DNA of 48,955 nucleotides from Nemertoderma westbladi (lineage: Eukaryota > Animalia > Xenacoelomorpha), in NCBI GenBank assembly GCA_032718475.1, contig JAUCBJ010007828.1:1-48955 (forward strand), in the 5' to 3' direction. The notes under the pieces are model-generated. The model was not told the DNA's origin. It saw only the letters and a program-made list of their open reading frames with translations, and did no database searches. The first letter of the stretch is position 1. Each line of letters starts with the position of its first letter. Below are positions 21,669 to 33,639 of the stretch, in pieces. The position numbers were made by a program, and so were the translations under genes.

Positions 21669-24600
21669 CTACTACTACTAGGTCGAGCGAACTCGGACAG
21701 TGGAAATGAGATCCTTCCAGGCTTCCCGATTCTCCATAGTTGTCGCAATTTCGTTTCTCCCAAGTTCAGTATCCCTTTCAAGTTGATCTATATATGTTAT
21801 GGCAGGTCGTCCACGACTACGCTTTCCATGAGTTGGTTGCCAGAGAAGTAGATCTGGTATGACCTCGTCTTTACTTCGCCAGCAGTGCCCACTGAATCTT
21901 AATCTGCGTTCACGGAGGGTGGTTGATACAGGTGGTATTGTACCATAAAGCTCGGCGTTTGTCATGTGTTGTCTCCAGCTGATGTTTAGGGCTGCCCTTA
22001 GTAGTCTTGTGTAGCAACCATCAATTCGTTGTTCAAGTGATTTAGTCAGTGTCCAGGTCTCACCCCCGTATAAAAATACACTTTCCACTGTGGCTCGAAA
22101 GAACTTGGTCTTCAGGTGCCTGGAGAGATCTGATTTCCAGATGGTATCCATTTTTGATAGAGCTACCCAAGCCTTTGCTTTCCTAACTTCTATGTCCTTT
22201 TTGCTACTCTCTATCCATGATCCAAGGTACTGGAAGTCATCGACCTGCCTTAGTTGATTATTATCAATGGTTGTCAAGTTTCCATCAACATTAAAGGTCA
22301 TGAATTCGGTCTTGGTAGCATTTATATGCAATCCAACCTCCTTAGCAGCCCTCTCCACTTTATTTAGTAGAAGCTGTGCATCTGCTAGCGTATTAGAGAG
22401 CATGGCGATGTCATCCGCAAAGTCGGTGTCTGTGACTGTAGTTGCCGGATATCTACTACTTCTGCGTTCTTGAAGTGTGAATCCCAGATCTTCACCCTTT
22501 GTGGCCGTCCTCATTGCGTAATCCAGCACAATTACAAATAGTAATGGTGCTAATGTGTCACCTTGCAGTACGCCAGCCAGGATTGAGAAAAACTCAGTTT
22601 CACCATCTGGTGAGAGTACCTGCGCTTCTGTGTCACAATATAGCAATCCAATGCCAGCAACAATTACTTCTGGTATTCCATAAGCTCTTAGGATTTCAAG
22701 CATTTTACCTCTATGGATGGAATCGAATGCCTTCTTGAAGTCCACAAAGGTCATGACTGCGGGGAGATTCTTTGACTTGATTCCTTCAATCAGTCTCCGT
22801 AGTGCAAGTATCTGAGCTATTGTTGATCTACTTGGTCGAAATCCGTTTTGGCTCTTACGCAGTAGTTTCTCTATGTGAGGCCTAATCCTATATAGAATCA
22901 TTTTATTGTATATTTTGGCAGCTACCACAAGCAGACAGATCCCACGATAGTTTGTTGGCATGCCGAGGTCTCCTTTCTTGGGGAGAGGCTTTAGTTGACC
23001 TTTAGTCCAAATTGGTGGTGGCTTTTCCCCTTTTAACATCCGGTTGCAAACATTCAATAATGGTCTATTTAGCACTCCGGTTTTCCATACCTCCGCTGGG
23101 ATTTCATCTAATCCACTCGCTTTATTATTGGACATGCTTTTAATGCTTCTTTGGAGTTCGGCAGGTGTGAAGTCCCCTGTTTCTATAGGTAGTGTCTTGT
23201 CATATATTTTCCTTGTAGGGCTGACCTCGATGTTTGGTGGCTGCCCAAGCAAGTTGCTGAAGTGATTTTTCCACTTCCCAACACGTTCTTCAGGACTATC
23301 GGCTTTGAGGCGCCCCTTTGCACAACTTTCCCGACCAGATACCTCATTTACAGTTCGCCAGGTAAGTCTTGATTGTTGCTGTATGTGAGCAGTTGTAATT
23401 GCTTCAGTTTTATCCTGTAAGTACTTTTCCTGGCTGATGTTGTAGGCCAATTTAAGATCGTCCTTAGCTTTCTCAACCTTGTTAATGTTTTCGGTTGTTG
23501 GTTGTTCGGTTTTAACTTTGTAGGCTATCTTAAGATCTTCTCTCTTACAAGTAACCTCAGAGTTTTGCCATGGCACATACTGTTTTCGTTTAGGTTTCTG
23601 GGGGATATGCCTCTTAGCTGATTCCTTGTGGGCTGTTATTATATTCTGGTATATTGAATCGGTGGATTGGTCTTCATCCATTGACTGAAGTGCTTCAAAG
23701 CGGTTTTGAACTTCTACTGTATAAGCATCCTTTACAGCATTGTCAGTTCTGAGTTTCTCCCAGTCATAGTTGATTTGCTTGCTTGTCCTGGGTTTGCTGG
23801 CTCTCAAACTGAGTCTGATCTCTGCAGTCACAATTATGTGGTCCGAAGCAATTAGGTTGAACGAGCTGTATGCCTCGCAGTTGATCATGCTATTTCTCCA
23901 CTTTTTGTTTATAAGGATGTAATCCAGTTGTGCTTTGGTTCCATTAGGGTATTGAAAGGTCCATAGCTTCCCCTTACTCTTTTCGAATGTGTTGTTTGTT
24001 GGTATCAATTCACATTCTTCCATTAGGTCTAAGAGTAAGTACCCATTTCTGTTAGAACTGGTGTTATAGGTGTAACCCTTGATGTCTTCTGGGCCAATTT
24101 GCGCATTCAGGTCACCAGCAATGACTTTAACATTGTGTTTCGGGATGTCCTTAATAAGTCCAGTCAGTTCCTCATAAAACTTGACTGCTTGTTCTGGCTC
24201 TGATGCATTGGTTGGACTGTAGCAACATATAACTGTTGTCTTGGGATTCCCATCAAATGTCATTTCCAATGTCATTGTACTTCATGGCAGTGTCTTCATG
24301 ACAAATCCGATGTTCTTGGATGCAGATGATGTCGATGTTATATTCCATTGCCAGAGCGACCATGTCACCCTGTTTGCTCTGTGCTTTCAGCGTGCGTGCG
24401 TTCATTGTAGCAATCTTTAGTGTCTTTTTACATTTCAACAGGTTGGTTCTTCTTTCTTCTCTGTCTTCTGTTCCAGTAGCCAATTTATCGACCCCAGCCT
24501 GGTGTACCACTGAGGGACGCGGTCCTTGTTGACCCGGGCGACGACCGAGCCGGTATTTCTCCTGGAGGGTTCTCATACTCATATCTTTCAGTTGTGGGGG

Positions 24601-25077
24601 TAAACCGCTTGTGGTCGCAACTCCTACAAGCGTCTTCGCAGTAGGTCGCCGTTGGTTGATTACCTTCCGCCGACCTTGTCAGCATGTCTAGCCGTTGGTT
24701 GATTACCTTCCGCCTATCCATGGCCTACAGCCCTGCTGCCGACTGTAGGGGTCCATTTGTTACACCCTGAACCAAGTGTGCCTCCTGGGTTAGGTTACCT
24801 AACACTGGTAGAGGAGCATCCAGTATAGACAGGGCGGGGCTTGTATCATCTCTAATGCAGATGCGTATCAAGCCTTTGCCTTCAATGGTGCCCTAGGCGC
24901 TATAGCCCTCAGTGACTTATTTAGTTGACGGGGCTGAACCAACCCACTCTTGATCAACTAAATAATGAATAGGCTATGCTTATCGGGCCTGCCCTACTGG
25001 GCTGACAGCTACAGGTAGTACCACATTACTGCCATAGTGGTAGCAGGATCTGGGGACCTGACCTGACCTGACCTGAC
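21669..25077 (-). mobile_element. Near full-length RTE-clade LINE (family B) with (TAG)n 3' tail and (TCAGG)4 5' end
   Basis: APE+RT ORF, ~500-nt 5' UTR, tail CTACTACTA on plus at 21669, flanked by a long duplication 21592-21668 / 25078-25156. Confidence 0.95.
21678..24582 (-). pseudogene. APE endonuclease-reverse transcriptase ORF with one frameshifting deletion (~24263) in the endonuclease
   Basis: IATMNARTL, IICIQEHR, then a new frame with CCYSPTN, AGDLNA, QLDYIL, SDH, FVDFKKAFDS, GVLQGDTLAP, DFADD, FQYLGS, RLRFSGHCWR. The usual GGVG segment is missing. Confidence 0.92.
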
Positions 25078-25156
25078 CGGCACAATTTTGTCGACAAGCC
25101 GGCACAGCATTCTTATAAGAATGCAGCTGCAATGCAGCATGCCGATACTAGTAGTA
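25078..25156 (+). repeat. Long target-site duplication (copy of 21592-21668)
   Basis: CGGCACAATTTTGTCGACAAG...GATACTAGTAGTA on both sides of the family B LINE, differing by 2 nt of indel. Confidence 0.92.
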
Positions 25157-25592
25157 AGTAACGTACAACGTTTACGGCACCATTAATAAAAGACACATAC
25201 AATACAATTTAAATAAATATATGACACAGTAAGACAATTACGATATATCAGGTGGTCGCTCATTAGTTATGGTGTGGCATATTTACAAATACATACTTTG
25301 AATAAAATATATACATACAGGAAGATAATTACATAAGCATATCGATATGGTTTCAAAGTACAGTTCCAGTAGAAGAAAATACAGTATGTCGAAAAAAGTA
25401 CAGTATATTAATAAAAGTATTAAATAATAAGACAGGTAAATTAATTTACGGTGCTAAATTAAGTCTAATAAAGTATACAATTGTCGAGTTATTATGTTAC
25501 AGTGTATGGAAGGATAGCCTCATGAGGTGCCTGCCTCGTTTCCATAAGGGTCCAAAATTTAGTTTCTATCGACATCGTTATACTAGAGATTA

Positions 25593-25627
25593 CTACTACT
25601 ACTAGGTCGAGCGAACTCGGACAAAAA
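25593..25627 (-). mobile_element. Extremely 5'-truncated family B LINE insertion (~35 bp)
   Basis: Matches 21669-21699; 13-bp TSD ATACTAGAGATTA at 25580-25592 and 25628-25640. Confidence 0.88.
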
Positions 25628-25634
25628 ATACTAG

Positions 25635-26400
25635 AGATTAATAGTTTAAAACGATCGAGTTTGAAAGGTTGGGTTAATAAATATTGTGGTAGTTAGTTAA
25701 AAACGAATTATTAGTATGTACATTAGTTAAAAGATAATTATCAGATAAAAACCAGTAAAAGGCAAAGTGAAAATATTAAGAAATATGCAAAGATTGAGTT
25801 GACATCATTATAAGATTAATTTAATAAAGATAAATAAACTATTAAAGATTAATAGTTTAAAACGATCGAGTTTGAAAGGTTGGGTTAATAAATATTGTGG
25901 TAGTTAGTTAAAAACGAATTATTAGTATGTACATTAGTTAAAAGATAATTATCAGATAAAAACCAGTAAAAGGCAAAGTGAAAATATTAAGAAATATGCA
26001 AAGATTGAGTTGACATCATTATAAGATTAATTTAATAAAGATAAATAAACTATTAAAGATTAATAGTTTAAAACGATCGAGTTTTAAAGGTTGGGTTAAT
26101 ACATATTGGGGTAGTTATAGTTAAAAACGAATATCAGTACATTACGTAAAAGATAATTATCAGATAAAAACCAGAAAAGGGCAAAGTGAGAGTATTTAAA
26201 AATATGCAAAGATTGAGTTGACACAATCGAGTTTTAAAGGTCGGGTTAATACATATTCGTCATCTTGAAGGTGACGTATTGTGATAGTTAGTTAAAAAAC
26301 GAATAATTATCAGTACGTTAGTTAAAAAAAAGATAATTATCAGGAATTAAAACAGAAAAGTGCAAAGTGAACTTATTTAAAAATATGCAAAGATTGAGTA
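25635..26400. repeat. AT-rich tandem repeat, ~210-bp unit, ~3.5 copies, decaying rightwards
   Basis: AGATTAATAGTTTAAAACGATCGAG recurs at ~25635, 25846 and 26057; degenerate partial fourth copy. Confidence 0.9.
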
Positions 26401-27022
26401 AAAGATAAGATGAGGTAGATAAAAAGTTTGTGTAGTGCTTGTGTATGACTCAGTCAGTCAGTGACTGTACAGCTGTAGGCTAAGTAAATACTGAATTATG
26501 CTTGATGCCAGCGCCAGGCAGCCAGGATGCTGTACTGTCTGACTGCTGGACTGTGTGATGCTTAACCACCTGTCTGCCTGTACAAGTGTACTATGCTGCT
26601 ATAGCCTATGTACAGATGTATGCTGGTATGTATGTATAGGTCAGTAGGCAGGCCCGTATCGTGCGGGGGGGCTTTGGGGGCACTGCCCCCTCAGAGAAGT
26701 CCCACTGCCCCCCCCCAGACATGTATTGTTCACTCGTCTTGTTCAGAATTAACTAATAATAATATTGTTGGTAATCAATATTATTGGATTCACATACTCC
26801 TGCCCATTGACCTGACCTGACTCCCCACCATTCCATTTGGTCCAATTCTATAACTACATGACATTAATATACCCACCTACTGTACCTGTAATTACTAAAC
26901 ATACTCGAAAGCGCTCGGTTCTCTCATTGGCTACCAGGGTGGAGGGGTTGTTTGTTGTTGACCCATTGTCTATTTGCTTGTAGTTTGGGAGCCAGCTTGC
27001 AGCTAAAAGGCTTGGCGCTGAG

Positions 27023-27924
27023 CCAGGTTGGAATTCATGCATGAGCGCGCAGGTACGCTTTGTTGTTTTGAAATCACCGCGCACCTGAAATTGGCTCGTC
27101 GCGCACCTCATCATATGTCATAATCCAAACAAAATCGCGCAGCTCATGTCATGCATATCTCAAAAAATCGCACAGTTCATAAGAACAATTTTACATTCCT
27201 ATTTTACAAGTTTGAGCGTTTTAAGCTTATCTTTACGTCTGTCTGTCTGTACGTTGAATCTAGGCTTACATAATAAATGTAATTTTTGCAACATCAAAAT
27301 TGTTAATTTTAAAAAATATTTTTTTAATCCACTACTATGGTGGCCCATCGGGCTCACTGCTTTTATAACAGAAAATATTATTTTAGATTACAAACAAAAC
27401 ATGTACCGGTAATTTCAAAAAAACGAATATTGAAATAGGTACCAGTCTGCCAATAATACTTTGTATAGGCCTACCTAACAATTAGGCTTAAACATACAGT
27501 TGGCTTATAATTAAGTCATACTTATAATACATTGTTACTTTCTGACTTTACCTGTTTACTAACGTAACATCGGCATAGCATAGACCTAATAACAATACAA
27601 CAATAGAGTACTGTAGTTAAAATAAATAGACAAATTCAGCTCCGGTTGCCGGTATTACAGTATTATGGTGAAGTGATTTGACTGTTTGAAGAATTGGAAA
27701 TGAGAAACTAATGCGAGCGTAGCGAGCGAAATTTTTTTGTGTATTTTCGTGATTTCAATTAATTTGTGGTGCGCATCAGAGGCAGAGCTGCGCGCTGAGG
27801 CGCAACGCGCACCTGTCTCACACCAGAACGCGCACCTGTCTCACCCAAACGCGCAACGCGCATCTGGTTTGCGGTCATTCGCGCAGGTACGCGTCCGAGT
27901 TTTGCAGCATGAATTCCAACCTGG
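27023..27924. mobile_element. MITE with 18-bp TIR and 8-bp TSD (hAT-like)
   Basis: CCAGGTTGGAATTCATGC / GCATGAATTCCAACCTGG; TSD GCGCTGAG at 27015-27022 and 27925-27932; GCGCAC/GCGCAG subterminal repeats. Confidence 0.88.
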
Positions 27925-27972
27925 GCGCTGAGGGTTGCTTGCGCTGGTATCCATAGCTATAATTTGTTGTAA

Positions 27973-29837
27973 CAGTCGGTGAGAAGTCAAAAATTGGACT
28001 TCAAGTCCAATTTTAGACTTCAAGTCCAATTTTGGACTCCAAAGTCCAATATTGGACTTTAGTACAACTCCAAGTGTTACCCATGCTGCCATACTGTATA
28101 TCGGTATTTAAATCAAAACTGCATCCCGTATCAGTACATATATATTACATAATTACAATGCAACATTATTTTAATGATTAAATTAATTATTATAAGTATT
28201 ATAAGCAGGGATCGCACACGCACAGTCAGACCAGTAGTTACTTTTTACGGTAGTGGTATGGCTTTGCGGTAGCCTTACTGCCTTAGTGGTGTATACCGCG
28301 GTAGCGGTAGTTGAGTTATAGCTGTATAGTTAATTCATACATACCCATACCTGTGGTATTTTCGTATGGCAAACATAAGACTACTGTAAACTGTAACTGT
28401 TATTGAGTTAATGTTTATTGACTAATTGTTTTGATTAGGTTCACTGTGTCAAGTACAATGCACACATCTCTGCATCTCCAACCAGACACTATATAACATT
28501 GGAGTTGGAGGTGTCTCATTCAGTCATTGGTTCCCCCAAGCTTGACACTAGAACAAAGCCGCCTCCGCTTTGCAGGACATTGCTTTAAGCTGTGAGGACC
28601 AGCCAGTGCACCTCATGGAGTGAATAAGCATTGTGGACTGGACAGCCCATGAATTTCTTGAGACGCATCTTTCTTACTGTCTTAAAGGACACTGGACTTG
28701 AAGATGCAGATGATCTAGCAAATGTCATGGGTGATAAGGCTGTAAGAGTGTAAGGGAGTTGTGGAGGCGCACTTTTGTCAACAAGCCGGCACAGCATTCT
28801 TAATAGGGTCTTTATATATAATGCAGCTGCAATACAGCATGCCGATTGTAGTAGTAGTATGTGGTGAGGTGATAGGGCTCCTTCAATTGGTAAAGTCAAA
28901 AGTGGCCGTTTATTGTTTTAGTTAGAAAAGCCTGCCTCTGTAACCTGTTCCTTTCCCTCAATTGGTTTATGATTATAACAGTATGACGTGTGTTACTTCT
29001 TACTTCTGTACTTATTATGTGGAGACCCCAACACGTTAATCAGTTACTAATCCCCTTTCATTATCCAGCCGTTTAAAAATACCCTTCCTGTTGTATGGAA
29101 AAATTAGAAGAGATGGTGGTAGCATCAACTTGTGGTATTTCTTTCTGATAGGGCTCACAATCGTAGCTTGTACTGTAGTTAGTCTTAGCAGCAGCTGCAG
29201 TTGGCAAACCTGGCATTGGTACCAGTTTCCACCAAATATAATTTGTAATTAAACATTTGTTGGAGCATAATCTAATCTAGTCCTAAAGACTCTAAAGTCC
29301 TGGGTACATAAGGCTGTAAGGTTAGACATAACATGAATGTAAATTGTAAACTAAACAATACTGCAATATGCTAAAAGTAAAGTACAAAGTACCTAGAATG
29401 CTAGAATGTACCATTATATTCTAAGTACAGTACACTGAAGATACATAGGCCTACAGAGCTGCAAAGGTAACTTTCCATAACTTAATAGCTGTCTGGCTGT
29501 CTCTCATCTGTCATGCTTCATGTACCTTTAAGTTTGATTCTCAATGTCACGTCCAAAATTGGACTTAAAGTCCAATATTGGACTTTTGTAAAAATTTAAA
29601 GCCTTATAAAAAAAGTTCCCCCTGGTGAATTTCAGGTCCCCCTGTTCAAAACTCTTATTTTTTGATATATTTTCGATTAACAAAAAAAAATCCCGCCCGA
29701 TCCAATTACCCAAGGCCCTGGAACAATTGGCTGATTTGAAGTCCAATATTGGACTCACAGAAGTCCAATTTTGGACTTGAACTGGAGTCGAAGTCCAATT
29801 TTGGACTCAAGTCCAATTTTTGACTTCTCACCGACTG
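27973..29837. mobile_element. Unclassified non-autonomous TIR element with CAG..CTG ends and 5-bp TSD TGTAA
   Basis: ~29-bp perfect TIR CAGTCGGTGAGAAGTCAAAAATTGGACTT; TGTAA at 27968-27972 and 29838-29842; subterminal palindromes TTGGACT(N3)AGTCCAA at both ends. Confidence 0.85.
28438..28858 (+). pseudogene. Decayed 3' fragment of RTE family A
   Basis: Aligns by eye to 21303-21668 with many small insertions; ends GTAGTAGTAGTA. Confidence 0.88.
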
Positions 29838-30010
29838 TGTAACTTAACCTTAACCATATTATACCTGAAGTGGGTCCTTCGCGCAGCACGTGATATAAAC
29901 TTATGTAAGTGTAATCTTGAAAGAAAAATAAGCAAAATCTAAGCAGATGTGATGCCCTTGATCACTTTATACCAGCCTAGAGGCAGGATTGAAAACTGCA
30001 GTCGATTTAA

Positions 30011-30814
30011 CCCTTGTGCTGTCTTTGAGTTTGAGGTCATTTTTGACCCATCATAGATTTAAACTTACTCAATTTTATCACACATGGATATTCCAACTCA
30101 GTTCGCAAACCAGATGTCATCAAATGTCAAATGGGCCCAAACTTAGATAGATACCAAAATTTTGAATTGGGGATGACATGAAATATTCCAAAATGCACAT
30201 GGCCAGTTCCCGCCCTTGGCGCAAGTGAGTCATATTCCCCATTTTTGTGATGATCAACTTCTAGTATTCCTACTGCATTGATATTATGCTCATTTAGAAC
30301 CGCAATGACCGATTTAGTTGTTGTAGACACCTTCAAAACAAGCATAGAGCTGTAGAGCGAATAGTGTTTGTCAAGGTATTTGTCAATATCGCATCAAGGC
30401 GCTAATTTTGACTTGTGCCGGACTTCACATTATCTGCAATATCTGCAAAACTATTCGCTCTATTGTTGTTTTGAAGGTGTCTACACCAACTAAATCTGTC
30501 ATTGCGGTTCTATTGAGCATAAATATAAATGCAGTAGGAATAATAGAAGTTGATCATCACAAAAATGGGGAATATGACTCACTTGCGCCAAGGGCGGGAA
30601 CTGGCCATCTGCCTGTGGGAATATTTCCTGTCATCCCCAAATGAAAATTTTGGTTCCGGTATCTATCGAAGTTTGGGGTCATTTTATGACATCTGATGTG
30701 CAAACTGAGTTTAAATTCGACAATTCAACAAGTTTTTTTGGACCACCCCAACCCTCTCATTTACCTGAGGTCAAAATTGACCTCAAAGGAATCATCTGTT
30801 TGAGAAACGAAGGG
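30011..30814. mobile_element. piggyBac-like MITE with long internal inverted repeat
   Basis: TTAA|CCCTT ... AAGGG|TTAA; subterminal palindromes GAGGTCA(N4)TGACC; arms ~30130-30345 and ~30465-30690 are inverted copies. Confidence 0.8.
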
Positions 30815-31775
30815 TTAAGACCTCAGAAAAAGTTTAAATGACACAGCTAATGGTCGAGTACAATTCTGCCAAGTTTCAGGTTCAAAAAAAAAGTCTGGGT
30901 CTGGGGTGAAAAGTCGCTAAATAATGTCAAGTTTTGGACATATTTATGCCTACAAATTTTCAATTTGACAGCTTTAAATCTGACAAAGTTATTTAATGTC
31001 AAAATAGTTACGTCAACAACTATTTGCCATTATTGACATTCTCCTTAACAGTGTCAATTCGCCATGGCTCCGCCAACTTCGTGGCTCGCCCCACATACCT
31101 TTCAACAATATTGATTTTACTTTATATACTAAATTAACTCTCACTTTTTGCATGCTCCCCAAATCCCAGTTATTGGTTTGCCCCCCCGGATTTGGCCTCT
31201 GCCCCCCCAGATATTATGATCACCATACGGGCCTGTCAGAAGGTAGTCAGATAGTCAGATAGTGTGAATTATTGGACAGATCAGTTAGTAGGCCTACAGT
31301 CTCACAGTAGTCTGGTAGTAGTAGTACGGCATGCGGCTGTACTGCTGCACGGTCAGACGGTAGCGTAGGTACCGGTGCTGCGGTGTAACAGAGAATTTTC
31401 ACTCCCCATGCAGCCATGTACCATGTAAAATCACTCCCCAGTTAAAATTCCCTAGTCAGCTCTGCAGCTAGTGTACCGGTACCGGTATTGTATACACGGT
31501 TGACGGTATTGTACCGGTACCGGTATTGCAGTATTGTATTTTGTATTACCTACTACACTACTGCACTAGTATATACCGGGTACCGTACGTTTTGCATGCG
31601 TTTCTCACTCGTTTGTACTCTTTTGTACTATTTTTGAACTCTTTTGTACTATTTTGCACTTTAATGTAGGCCTAGGTATTTTGTAGGCCTACTCTTTTGT
31701 AGGGCCTAGGCCTACTATATTAGTTATAGTTCATATCCGTACCGATGGTATTTTCGTATTGCAAAAATAAGACTA

Positions 31776-32527
31776 CTACTACTACTAGGCAGCTAGGTCG
31801 AGCGAACTCGGACAGTGGAAATGAGATCCTTCCAGGCTTCCCGATTCTCCATAGTTGTCGCAATTTCGTTTCTCCCAAGTTCAGTATCCCTTTCAAGTTG
31901 ATCTATACCGGTAGGCCTATATGTTATGGCAGGTCGTCCACGACTACGCTTTCCATGAGTTGGTTGCCAGAGAAGTACAGAAGTAGATCTGGTATGACCT
32001 CGTCTTTACTTCGCCAGCAGTGCCCACTGAATCTTAATCTGCGTTCACGGAGGGTGGTTGATACAGGTGGTATTGTACCATAAAGCTCGGCGTTTGTCAT
32101 GTGTTGTCTCCAGCTGATGTTTAGGGCTGCCCTTAGTAATCTTGTGTAGCAACCATCAATTCGTTGTTCAAGTGATTTAGTCAGTGTCCAGGTCTCACCC
32201 CCGTATAAAAATACACTTTCCACTGTGGCTCGAAAGAACTTAGTCTTCAGGCTGTCAGGTGCCTGGAGAGATCTGATTTCCAGATGGTATCCATTTTTGA
32301 TAGAGCTACCCAAGCCTTTGCTTTCCTAACTTCTATGTCCTTTTTGCTACTCTCTATCCATGATCCAAGGTACTGGAAGTCGTCGACCTTCCTTAGTTGA
32401 TTATTATCAATGGTTGTCAAGTTTCCATCAACATTAAAGGTCATGAATTCGGTCTTTGTAGCATTTATATGCAATCCAACCTCCTTAGCAGCCCTCTCCA
32501 CTTTATTTAGTAGAAGACAGTAGAAGT
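31776..32527 (-). pseudogene. 5'-truncated RTE family B copy
   Basis: Near-identical to 21669-22373 apart from short insertions; 12-bp TSD AAAATAAGACTA (31764-31775, 32528-32539). Confidence 0.92.
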
Positions 32528-33639
32528 AAAATAAGACTATAAGTATGAAATACCCTATGTTATTGAGATAATGTTTATTGTTTTGGTTAGAAAAGCCCAC
32601 CACTGTGACCTGCTCCTTTCCGTTAATTAAGTAATGGAGATTAGTTTATTGTTTTGGTTAGAAAACACCACCACTGTAACACCATCGGTACGCATATGAA
32701 CGATAACCACTATATTTCAGTAATTTACTATTTTGTATTTTTTGTACTTTTTTGTACAGATTCGTTGGACCGCTGCAGATCTGCAGATCGGAACCGGATA
32801 AGCGTTTTCCGGTGTGCGATCTGACGGCAGGACGCGAGGACGGTAGCAGAAAATTTCCACCCCCCTAAAAATTCACCTCCCGGCTTCCCGGTTACAGGGT
32901 TAGGGTACACTTACAACTTACCAGAAAGGAACAAAAACAATAAACGATTTGATCGTCTATGCTTGTGCCTTGGCAGGCCCATCAGCCCATGGTTGCAGGG
33001 ATAAATTAAGCATGGTGGTGGTGCTGGTGGATAGCCCATTACTGCCAGACTGCATTACGTTCTTAAGACACTACCAGACTACTGCACTAAGATGCCTGCC
33101 TGTAATACCACCCTGGACCTTGCCACCCCGGATCTAAGATCGCGTCTAGGACAGTAGGATCTAAGTTCTGAAGTTCTCATCTAGCAGTCTAGAATCTAAG
33201 TTCGCATCTATGATTTATGGCCGGGCCACACCCAGGATTTAGGATCTAAGGTTGCATCTGTAGATACCACCCAGGATCTAAGTTCGTGATCTAAGGTCGC
33301 ACCTCTGGCAGCCTGGTTCCCACCCGAGATATAAGTTCCCTATAGAATTTCATATTATTGGTTTTCACAGCTCGTTTCTGGCTGCTAGTTTTCTGCTCAT
33401 TTCAGCTCGTTTCAGATTGTTTCAGCTCGTTTGCCCGTTACTTTGTCCCTGTCAATACTGCAGTACTGCAATACGATTGTCGTATGTTTATTAAATTGAA
33501 ATTTATTAACGAGTGTCATTGTTTACATAATTATATTATTATCTTTGATCTGTTTACTTTGTATATATACACCTTGTTTTTATTATATATGTGTATTTTG
33601 TTTTGTTTTTACGACCGTCAGAGGAATATCACATACAGG

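Larger units (their letters stand above)
26649..31235. mobile_element. Non-autonomous hAT-like TIR element carrying nested insertions
   Basis: TIR CAGGCCCGTATCGTG / CACCATACGGGCCTG; 8-bp flanks TCAGTAGG / TCAGAAGG (1 mismatch); GCCCCC subterminal motifs. Confidence 0.75.

Noticed and set aside
30127-30644. Pair of similar short ORFs on opposite strands
   Set aside because: By-product of the MITE inverted repeat.
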